Shown here piece after piece: positions 11,272 to 23,200 of a DNA stretch of 64,000 bases. How positions within the stretch are numbered: position 1 is the first letter of the stretch; the number at the start of each line of letters is the position of its first letter. Source of the stretch: Ylistrum balloti (lineage: Eukaryota); NCBI RefSeq assembly GCF_031769215.1, contig NW_026782230.1, forward strand, positions 186,001 to 250,000, written 5' to 3'. The position numbers and the translations under genes were made by a program. The notes under the pieces were generated by a model, which was not told the DNA's origin, searched no databases, and saw only the letters and a list, made by a program, of their open reading frames with translations.

Positions 11272-14200
11272 CTGTAGAATATGTTTAGAAAGAAGATTGT
11301 AAGAAAGGATGTTTATAAGACAGCATGCTCATTAGATATCATTGATTCTAAGTACACCTTGTAATCGACAACCAGAACAACATTCTTAAATGCATTTTAA
11401 AACGTATTTTAAAAAGTGAATGTCGATTGCTTCTTAAAGAAAGGTAACATGATACTGAGTTAAAATTGAGAGAAAGAAGAATCATGTTAGAACCCTCTTC
11501 AGCACGTGTATATTAATTAGAACGTCGATTGGTTGCACGTGCTCTAATGGATGCACCCGCATACGTTTTGGCGCACGCGCACCTCATTGAAGATGGGGGA
11601 ATGCGACAGCAGGTGCGCTGATCGTGGCGTTAGGCCCTTAAAGCAAAACTATCATTAACGGTCCACAGAGACTCTGAATTCTCCAGGAATGTTCAGTTCC
11701 AGACATCTCCTGATCCTCGATCGATAAAGTTTCTAAGAAATATATCAACTGGATGGGTCTATCGAAAAGGCGGTCGTAAGTCGGAGCACACTAAGTTTGG
11801 CCAATAGGCGGTCGTAAGGCAGAGCACACTAACTTAGTGTGACCAATAGATTCATGATTCAAATTTTATTCAAAACTTAAGGACATTGGCCCCTCAGCTC
11901 AGCACAACAACACAACAAATAGAGAATAATTCTCTTTTATATGAAACAATACGTATGATTCTCAGTTTGTTGCTTCCCAAATAAATTTCCTTAACGCACA
12001 TAATTCGTTAATGTTCTGGATATCTAACAACTGACTAGCCTTAAAAACGAGAGGGGGTTGGGTTCAAACAATATCTCACTTTTAGGTTTTGAAATTTACT
12101 AGAGATTAATCCAAAATTACATTCATCTTCTACATTAAGGGAGTTACATTGTTTGACAACGCTTTTTTCTGTCGGCATATTTCTGTATCTCCTTTACTCT
12201 GTAGTCAGTGACTATGAAGGTGGTCATAAGCCAGAGTACAACAACTTAGTGCGGCCAGTGGGCGGTCAGAAGTAAGATGTTACTAACTTAGTATATCGAA
12301 TGGGCGGTCGAAAGTCAGCTTTCATTAGTCCAGCAGAAAGAATTTGTCTCGACTGTGATGTCACAAGATAAAAAGCCTATTAACAAGCCACGTTAATAAA
12401 AGATAACAATATTCAAGTTTTACTGTATATATTTAAATTCTTTGTAGAGTAAATGTTCTCTGCACTTGTGCCTAACTTGGTCTCGATGTTTTACTTTGAT
12501 GCCCCCCCCCCCTCCCCACCCCCTTTCTTATTTTCCTTTCTGGTCGACGCTATTGTTTTATTTGTATTGTTTTGAAACAGCAGTTGGTTGGTATTACAAG
12601 TGCTTTTCATATCAATCTGCGTGATGTTAAATGTAATAAAACTAACCACACAAGCGTACCGGATGGTAGCGATATTTTGGTGGCGGCTTATGCGGGACAG
12701 CAGGGGGTATGTGCTGTGTCTATAAGATGAATTAACTCGTACCTTTGTGTTGACAGTACACTAAGGTATAACATTCGAATACTGTTAAACAATACACTAG
12801 TTTCAAATTCACACCTTCAATTTTGCTTTAAACTTGAAAACATCTTTAAGAAAACACTAAAAGACATGGAAAATCTTAGTTTAAATTCGCGTAAAAGGCT
12901 TAGATCGTGTCAATGCTTGGAACCGAGATATCTTCAAATATTTGATTATCTTATGAGATCCCTGTCGACCAAACACTCATGTTGGCTGGTCTTTGTGTGT
13001 CGGTGATATTCCGCCCACACCAGCCATCATCATGTCAGCTTCGGATCGACACAGGTGTCCAGGCCTGAGGTATCGCTTTCAGAAGTGCTATTTATACGGC
13101 AGTACTGTATTCCTTTTTCCCATGCAGAATATCAACACCTTCATAGGCATGAATCTTCATGGTTTACTTTACCGCCCATGTGCCCTTGTCAATAATGCAT
13201 ACGAAATTTCAAGTTCAGTCAACTTTGTGGCTGTTTTAAAGGACACTTGGAAAAACCACCCTTGGCTAAACATTACAGTATACAAAGTTCCTACCTGTAG
13301 TACGCGTTTGGAGAGACCCGTTTTCTGCGCTAACTGCTTGAGGTCTTTGGCATCCGGGTTATGATTCAGTCCGAAGTACGACTTCATCGTCCTTAACTGA
13401 TGATGTTTAAACGACGTCCGCACTCTTTTCTGTCGCGGAGGTGGATGTGTCCCGTAACCATCTTGCCGCATCATGTCTCCTCCGCGTTCGTGTCCATCTC
13501 CAGGAACCAACCCTGCAACAGCACGGAACGTTTTAATTTTAAATAGAAAAAAGTTAAATAACAGTTCATATATACATGCGCAACTAAACACGGGACACTT
13601 TTATCGTTAGCGCGAATCTTTCTTTAAAAAATAAAGCTTTCAAACGTGTGACCTTTCTTACAAATTTTTGTTCTCAATATGTGAACAATTTTTTAACAAA
13701 AAAAAACTGCACTTTATCGGGAATAATTTTGAAATATATATATTCTTCCTTTTCAACCAATATCAGTTTTATATTCACTGACAAACCATGCGATAACGTC
13801 TTTCCAGTTAGTGATGAGAGAAATGCGTTAATGTGGGCTCGGCTTGTTTATATTGTATACGTTATTTGTCCATCATTTTCAACAACTTGCATAGACTATC
13901 GATGGTTTCCAATCGTAAAATCAACACAAGTACTACAAAGACGGTCTAGTTAAGATGAAACGTGGACTGACATTGGACCGGAGATTGTTTAGTCACAGAG
14001 CGTGGTATTCAATGAATGATAATATACTCCTGCTTTCATGTTCAAAACTATTCCATGTTATCTTTACGGCAGACGAAGAAACAATGGCGTGTGGAGTAAA
14101 CAACCTGCCTACCCCATCAGTACTGGCAGGGAAAATCCAGCAGACCAGGGCAGCATTTACACTCGATTTAAAAACCGTCTTCATTGCAGTGATAGAATCA

Positions 14201-17200
14201 GGTATTTTTTTGGTTTTCACGCTCTTATTCCTAAACGCCTGTGATATTTTGGCTTGAACATGACTGTATTCAATACCCCTCCCTCCTCACAATAAGAAAA
14301 TTAGTATCATTACAGAGCTCCCAGTTAAAACATCCGTAAGTACGACCCAAAATGGTTGTTATAATGCTACAGAATATCTAAAGGATGATTACAAGTCCTC
14401 AGATGTTAAGATAAATTTGGTACAATCACACCACATTGGTAAGTCTTCGGGCGTTCGTAATTTTATGCCACAAAATGCTTTGTTACAACACCTCTAACAT
14501 TTCATTGAGGTTCTCGGGTACAAGGGTTAAGCTGAGTACTGTTTAGATAATGAAATTCGTTACATTTCCATAACACTTGAAAGTAGTACTTCGAAATACG
14601 AAGAATAATATAGACCAACGCCACCTCACAAGGGGGCGTGTCCACATACTCTTTAGGTGTATTGTGCCATTCGTTGTGAAGGTTTAGTCTGGTACAACAT
14701 ACGAACACTACTCAGTAATATATCTGTACTCCTGAAAGGGTTGGATGAGAACATCGTTTTTGTTTACTTATCAACATGTTGATTTCACTGGTACTATTAA
14801 CGGAAGGAAAATTCTTGTATTGATTTGTTTTATGGATTTATTATCTATCAAGGTTTTGTTTGTTCATAATGTCAAAATATAGATATTTTTCTCTTAAACC
14901 ACTATTCCAGCATATAAACTTTATATTTATCATAGTTTTAGCTTTGTTCATGCTAATAGAAATTATTATTTATCTTTTTATAATTAAAGATATAATATTA
15001 CCTACATTTCAATTTTCCTATATTAATATCTTTTCATGACGTCATTAGATGTATTTACGTGTTTATTGAGTATGTTAAAATATGTTTCTGTTTACAATGT
15101 TTCAATGATAATTTTTACAAAATCAACATGTTACAATACATTGACAGCATTATATAGATAATCACACGTATAGGTATATATTTGTTATAACACTTTCGCA
15201 CGTCAATCAATTTAATATATTTTAGTATATCTATTTTAACAATGTTTTATCCTTTTTCTGCCAGTAGACACCTATTTGGTATTTGTGTTTCAATAGATTG
15301 GCTAACAGTATGACGATTTATCATGTTTTTCTATATTTTTATGTTCAGTGTATATCAATGTATTATATCTTAGTATTTATCGGTTCAATACTATGTTAAT
15401 ATCTATTTTAGTACATCTTCATTGCTTTACCTCATTTAAGTTATGTCTGCTAGGAAGATATCGTTTTACACAATATCAATATATAATGTAATAAAGAGAA
15501 ATGATTATTCTACATTTACGATTACTGTAGTCTGTAGTGATTCAGTCATAACATATAGACCATATTTATTAATTATTATGAACGATAAAGATATAAATTA
15601 CTTTGACGTCCAAAGTAACAAAACTGATACACAGGTGCTTTTTTCCTGTAAGATCTGATCAAGTCAGCAGAATACGTTACAAGTATTTTTATTTGTCAGG
15701 CTAGAAAACCTGGTAAACATTATTGGTTTGATGGCGGATTCAGTAACGCTAATTATGTGAGAAAATGCTTCGAATTACTCAATGGACGCGGACGTGTTCA
15801 GATACTTTTTTTCTAATGTTGGAAAATGGTGTGAAATTTACTGTAAATGTTGAGGTAAAGCTTACAATGATATATGTCTTGAGTCTGGATCCTATGTATT
15901 GACTATCATGGTAGTGATGTGGTAAACAGCGTGATAGATATTACCCAGGCCTTTCTCTACATACCAAATACACGGCACTCTCCCCGATCAACACGCCACA
16001 TAAATCAACCTTACCTCCTGCATCAAACCCAATTAATAACAGACCAGCCCTCGTCAACTTCTATAGTATCATATAAACTAATAGTGGTCAAGATTTATCG
16101 AAAAGTTTGTGATCTTATGTGCCTGCTCTGTAACTTCAAAATTAATACTATGACAACAGTTCCATAACATTATGTTAGTAGTGTATGCAAATAGAGGCTT
16201 GTCCTGGTTATTGTACTAGATTACCAAATATCCTAGATTAGTATTTTCTGACATGAAAATATTTGACTCATAGCTTCATATATGCGTTCTTGAACAGACA
16301 AACAGTATCTTCGACAATAATGTATCTAGCTGTTTTGAAAAGTTAATTTGTTTATTCAATTAAACTTCTGTGACATTTTTGCACAATTTTGTATATTTCA
16401 TAGCTCCCCATGTCTTTTTAGAACGCAGACAATATACTGTCTTATGGTACTCATCAGCATCCCATTCCTTTCATTCTATATCTATGTGTACTTCTGCCGA
16501 GGCAAAGTTATCCCAGGTGCAAATATGTCCTATTTTTGTGGGCATTTTTTGTTCATTCATTGTGAATCCAATTCTTCATCAATCAGCGCCTTCATCTCCC
16601 TCTCCACTTCACCTACGTTACATTGACAGAAGCATGTAGGCTTTACAGGCCGCTCCGCACGATTTGGCACCCTCCGCATCACGACCGTAAATCCGTCGTC
16701 CCCATCTCGCGGCTCCCCCCTCCCCAGTACATGGTTATTTATGCGAGTCTCGATATCGTCTTGATAACGGCAATCTGTATCAGAGAAGAGCGCACCTGTT
16801 GTCGCTTTTCTGTCATCTGCCAGTTCAACTTCCGCTGAAGTCATCTAGGAAGTTATGACTTTGGTTACAACGACAAATCGGTTTCACTTCCGATCTTACG
16901 AGTTACGAGGGGAGGAGGGAAGGGTAATGGGGAGCATGTGCATGAAGTTTGTCGCTGACAAATTCATGGACTGACAGTTTCATCGACTCTGGGGTGTAAA
17001 ATATCTTGACATGACATTTTGACTTTTCAGCGTAGTTCGACTCCTTTTCAAACACATATCTTGCTATAACCTTACGTGTTATTTTCGGAACATATTCAAA
17101 TATTGACAACAATCTATCTCATTATTAGAGTCATATAATTGAATAGGACCGCACTAAAATGCAATACAAACTCTTCTTGGCATTAAAACAATACATGTCA

Positions 17201-20200
17201 GTCTACCGTTCAATCATATTGATAGAAAAAGAGTTTAACATCGATAAACCAATATAGGATAACATTTGAATACACCAAAGTGTATCAGAAAGACGTTTAT
17301 TTCATCGCCCAGTGGCTTAATTAAGATTGATTTGAAATTCATGTTTTTCATATTAAACACACAGAGAGCAAAGATGCACATAAACCTTTTTTTATTGACA
17401 TCAAATATTAAATATGCACTTCTAGACAACCATATCAACACAAGAGTTATTAGAAGTCGTAACATCTAAAAGTAAGGTTTTTATTGCTTAACATGACGTT
17501 TGTATTAGGTTATAATTATCTCGTGATGTCGTCTGTTTGGATGTGATATTATGGCATTTTTATATGTCTTCCAGAAAATTTATTCAAAACAAGAGTCAGA
17601 ATCTGTCTTGTTATTACCTCGGCACCTGAATGTTAATCCTCATCTGTTACAATTATTATGAATTTGTTGGGGCTGTTGTTGTGCAACCATTTATTCTCAG
17701 TGCAATAACATTTCAGCAAGTCTTTAAACTATCACTCAGCACTAGGTGGATGTTTCAGAATAATTGGGTTTAAAAGTAACCATAAAACATCTCAAATGAC
17801 TGGTTTACAAGCGATTCTACCATCGGTATAAACACGGACTAGCTTTCAACGCTCTCGTCATCAACAAAAAATCATCTTCAGTTATACTCATTTCTGTCAT
17901 TTTTGCTTATAACTTTATGAATATTGATTGAAATAATAATAATACATTTTAATTTTTGTTTTCGAAAAAAAGTAATATTGTTTGTTTAAAATCTATATCA
18001 ACATATAAAGCTGATTGTGCTCTCTTCAAATATATTGTGTTTGACAACAGGGGGCGTTTTATTCGTTCAAGAGAGTGAAGCCCCCCCTCCCCATCGCTAT
18101 ACAAGATCCCCCATGAAGATCGAGTGATAATTCTTATTGCCATGTTATCACGTGGTTTTAACAGCCGCCATTAATTCTCATCCCCTCTGTCATTTTCACT
18201 ATAGTTCCAAGTTTTCTACACAGATACATAAGACATAGATTGGCAGAGCGGCAATTCCTAACTGGTTCCCTACCCTTGTCCTCGTTTGTCGAGTTTCTAT
18301 GACGACGAACTGATAGTCTGTCTAATTAGCCGATTCTTTCACACAAAAACGAAGTTTTCAACTGTCCCTTTACAACTCAAGTGCAGATACCTCTGAAGTC
18401 TGGTCGTTGGTTTGTTTTATTCGCGCTGTCTCGGTTAAAGCGATGCTGTTCTATTCCATATTTCACGATACGCCTACCGTGTGATACAAATGTCACGTGG
18501 TTTTTGAAACTGACATTTTCATGTCTCCGCGCGGGATACTATAAATCACGTACTTGTTATCGGACCCGAAGTTCGGAACAGCTTTCACGCTGGGCACAGC
18601 ATTTTTTGTGGCGGATCGACACTAAACATGGTGTGCACGACGGTGCTTACAAATTATTCCGCTGCAGGAACTATCAGCGAAAATGATTCTGATCCATAAA
18701 ACTGTATGTAGTTATGAATTCCCCCTGATAATAGTACAGATTATGATGAGCCTCTTTATAAAAGCAGACCATTTATGAATGTGGAAGGATTTCCCCAAGG
18801 AGACCCTGATTGGCTGTAGAATATCGGATTTAGACTTGATTCCACTGAAATCGCGCCGATGCATGTTGTTGAGGATGATCATTAAAGTTCTTTTGATACC
18901 AAAGCTTGGAAATTAAAATGAGATTATGGAAATCAAAAACAAAATGCAAGAATTAAAATAAGATAAAAAAGATCAGAGATTAATCATTATACTTTAAAGG
19001 GTCAAGTTTTAAACAATCTTACCAATGTTACGACTAAGCTGTACACGACAGATTGTCATGAGTAGAAAGGGATTACGACATGCAATGTCTTGTATTGGCT
19101 TATCATGTACCTTCCGCTTGGCAAAGGATTACCTTTTAGTACAGCTTAAACAGCGACAGTTATCTCCTTTTAAAAATCGTATATGTCACAATAATACAAA
19201 AAATATCAAGGAAATAACAACTACACAACATTATCATAACTTCAGTTCACTTTAATGAAAGTTTAATAAACGTTTATTTCTCACTTAACAAAAATATAAA
19301 TAAAATAAACGCTTTGCAGTCTTCCAAAATTTTATATTATTTTTAAGTTCCAATGTAATTAGGCAATTTTAGATCAGGGCGGATAAAGCATAAGCCTTCC
19401 GGGACGTATTCTAACGTCTTTCATCATGGACGGCAATAACTGGTATGAGATATTATATCAAAATTTGTTATCAATGTAAACGGAACAAATATAACGAAGA
19501 AACTTGTATTCAATTTTCTATTCATCAAGGAACCAGAAAATAATATGTCGGCGATCATAGGTATATAATACCATGTAAGCATGTTCTTTTAACATAGTAA
19601 TCTAACAAACTCGGTTTCTCAGACTCAATTTTCACTCAATAATAAAATAAAAGAAGATATGTATAAAATATATTGTCATAATTTCCTATGAACTTTATTA
19701 TATTGGTCCTTGATTGTAATGGCGCTCTTTTATTACAATATTTCCCACGTGTTATTTTTCTCAAACATTCCATTTAATGTTTTCCATATGGTCGCCATTA
19801 CCTTTGAAAGGTCAAGGTCACTTCTGATAAATGTATACGAATTGTAGATGTAATATTAATTGGTAAAATAAGCAATAGCAACATACACGAGGTTCCTCCT
19901 CGGCAACACATACAAATAATTCACAAAGATACACAACAAAAGCTACACTTAATATATAGTATGTATATAACTTGTGAATCGCGTACTGTGATTTTCTTTC
20001 GAGCTTGTACGTAACCTCTAGTAAATAAAAGGGGATTTTTATCAAAGAGTCCCAGCCAACCTATATCGGTATCCCTCTGTTGTTTTTGACGCGATCGTCT
20101 GTCCTTGCCAACATCACTGTGTAGCATTCCTTCTGTGGTACTTATCCCTTTCAACATCTAGAGAATGTTCATTCTGTTCACGAAGTAATACTACTATCGA

Positions 20201-23200
20201 AAAGCAAACGAAACTTTTCGAAATATTCCTAGACAATGACTGTGAAACACTGTGAAAGTTGAAATGCTTTTCTTTAGGGAATTTGATGTACAGACAATCT
20301 TCTCTTTTGACGTGTGTGTGTAAAAGCCTTAGTTTAGTGTATAAAAGAAATACTCTGAATTGGTCAGGATTTCCTTTGTCTTCATGTCTGTTCGAGAGTT
20401 CACAGATCGTTTAGTCTCTGAAACACGAATGTCAATCTTTGACGGATGCCATGTCCAACGAATACATTGCGTGTTTGTGCTCATACAAACATTTCCGAAA
20501 TCACAAGACCCGTGATTCCAATATACCGCTTTGGCTATAAAACTTGATAACGTATGATTAACTAAAATTTAGCCCTAGAAACTGACGACGAGAAAAAACC
20601 TCGTGCACATGAACTTATCAAAATACATTTCAAGAATAATTAAAATAAACCTTAGGTCATTTTCGCAACATATGTATATTCAAGAAAAATACTTCCCTTA
20701 TATTATGTTATCTGCTTTTTGTTTTGTATTGCCGACACAACCAGACGAATAAAAAATGACGTGGACCTTTTTTTTCTTCTTTTCTATTTTTTTTTTTTTT
20801 TATTATTATTATCATCTTATTTTAGGTCTGTTTATATGAAATACCAATGCCATTGTGTAAGAAATTGTTTAAGCCTGTCGTGTTTAATTGTCACCAACTG
20901 TTCACTGTTGTCAGTATCACGTCCATTATTCTTTTTCAAAAATTCTATATCTAAGTAAACTGGTAACATAGATGTATATCACGTGATCACACTTCTAGAG
21001 AAACGAAAATGTTTCGTTCTTTGTCATTGTATCTATGCCAGTAAATACCACTGATTCGCAAGAGACCGGATGCATTTAAAAAAAACTTGGATCAAGCCCT
21101 AACGGTTTCTTGGTTCTAAAACCCTTGATAAATCATCCAAAAGATATCCCTACACACTGAAACTCCTCAAAGTCTTCTGTAAATAGCTGAATTACGCCCA
21201 TAGTTTTTACATTACTAAATCGTCTTTTGAGCCACATTCCTTTTTATTTCTCAGTTCGTCCAGAAACGTCCTTATATATAAGCTTCACAGAAAAAAAAAA
21301 TCTGAGAGCTACTCTCGGAGATAGAAAATAATAAATATTTCATACAGCTCAGCATATAAACGATAAAACATCAAGTCAAAACTCGAGCTCTTTGACTGTA
21401 AGAACACACGCTAGTTTGATGCTAGTTGTTTTATCCTTATTAAATAAAACGGAACAATTAGGGTGCATTAGTGAGCCAGAAACCACGTGGGGGAGAGAGG
21501 TAAAATTGTATAGCCATACCCCCTCCCTATAACTACCCCTCTCCCCAGTAAACACCACACACACTGATTCTTACGTCATCTACATACGGGGCTTTTTAGT
21601 ATTCATTGAGGGAGTATTCACTTTCCTTCTCCGGTATCACATAAGTTATATTTGTATTTGACACAACATATTTGATAGTATCATTTATTCTTATATTTTT
21701 TATTTTAAAAAATGTTATTCTAATTACACTGGCAATAAATACTATCAGTACTGACATGGAAAATGCTGGAGATGTACTGAGATATTCTTACTTAACAAAG
21801 TCATTTATCGGGTTTGAAATACACTATATGCAATGTTCTTTTCATCATGTTTATGACTTTGTCTTTGTTAGAGTTTGAACTCCGTTTGACGTAATCATAC
21901 TATCCCTGCTTTAGGTTCTCAAATAAAAGTAGAGTTTTGAGCTCTTGTATACGAACACAACATGACACGGATCAAAGCCGTAATACAAGACGTTAAAGAT
22001 TGGATACAAGACCCGTAAGTGGCCGAAAGCGTTTTGTGGCAGCTAGTAGCTTGGCAGCCTTAGTAGTAAGGTGCTCGACTGTTGTTGACCTCGGATAATA
22101 TATTCACAAGATCTGTAATACCTTCAGAACACAAACATCACGAGTCAGATACAAAGTTCGGTCAAAAAATATAGGCATCAGTACCCAAGACAATATTCAA
22201 CAGCCGCATTATTACATTGATATCATCTTAACTATCCGTGACAATTGATATTCTTAGTCGAATTATACCATTGCTCACTTTACTTTCCAGATATCATCTC
22301 TATTTCTAAATGGCGATTTTTCGTCATGTCATCATGCAGGGATATACTTGTCAAATGTAACAAAAGTAACCTCATCATTTGTATGTCTTTTGCACAATAT
22401 TTGAGACTGCGAGTGTTGGACGTTGTTGATGGACATTTGATCAACGGGGTTTTAATTCATACTGATAGTGGCACGAACAGTCTTTTGAAATTATGCTATA
22501 TTCAAATGTATCAATTTTACTGAATTTTGAGATTAGTGCACTTCTCCATCTTGTTTTTGGACTTTCGACCAATTTTGAGTTTCTTCAAGGTTTCAGATTT
22601 TGGCCTTTAGCATCACTGACGAGTCCTAAAAGGACGAAACAGCTGTATGATGCAGTTTGGCTCTACTGTATCTTATACAAAATTTGTATTGAAAGGTGTT
22701 ATTTAGTTGTATGTCTTTTGAATGTTTTTTTCACGACGTAAATAATCTTGCACACGTATTTGATTCAATTCCATATACAATGGCTATATCATAGAATATT
22801 TGGATTTTATCAATCTCATATTAAAAGGAAACATTTTAATCTTAATTAATCGATGTCATGAACTTGGATGAAACATTTTACCAACATTCGATAGAAACGG
22901 TAAATCATCAGTTCAAATTGACAAATGTGGATGACTGAAGTTGAAGCAACAATGACATCAAGACAAGCTGAGGCACCCATATGCACGTGACCTTTTCACA
23001 ATTAGGTAAGGCAAACTAATGACAAAGCCATTCACAAAAAATGTAGGTCAAGAGTTGCTGCGGGGTTCACACAGTCAAAGTTTCACCTACATTCAGGGGC
23101 GGAAGGATATCAGAAGTACACAGACAAAGTACCGCCATCCTTTAAGATCCTATCAGCGGATGTACATTTACGACTTCCGGAGCAAGTGGTTATTTTAAGA

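Noticed and set aside
22020-22095. tRNA A-box-like AGCCTTAGTAGTAAGGTGCTCGACT
   Set aside because: No B-box or cloverleaf follows; not supportable as a tRNA or SINE.
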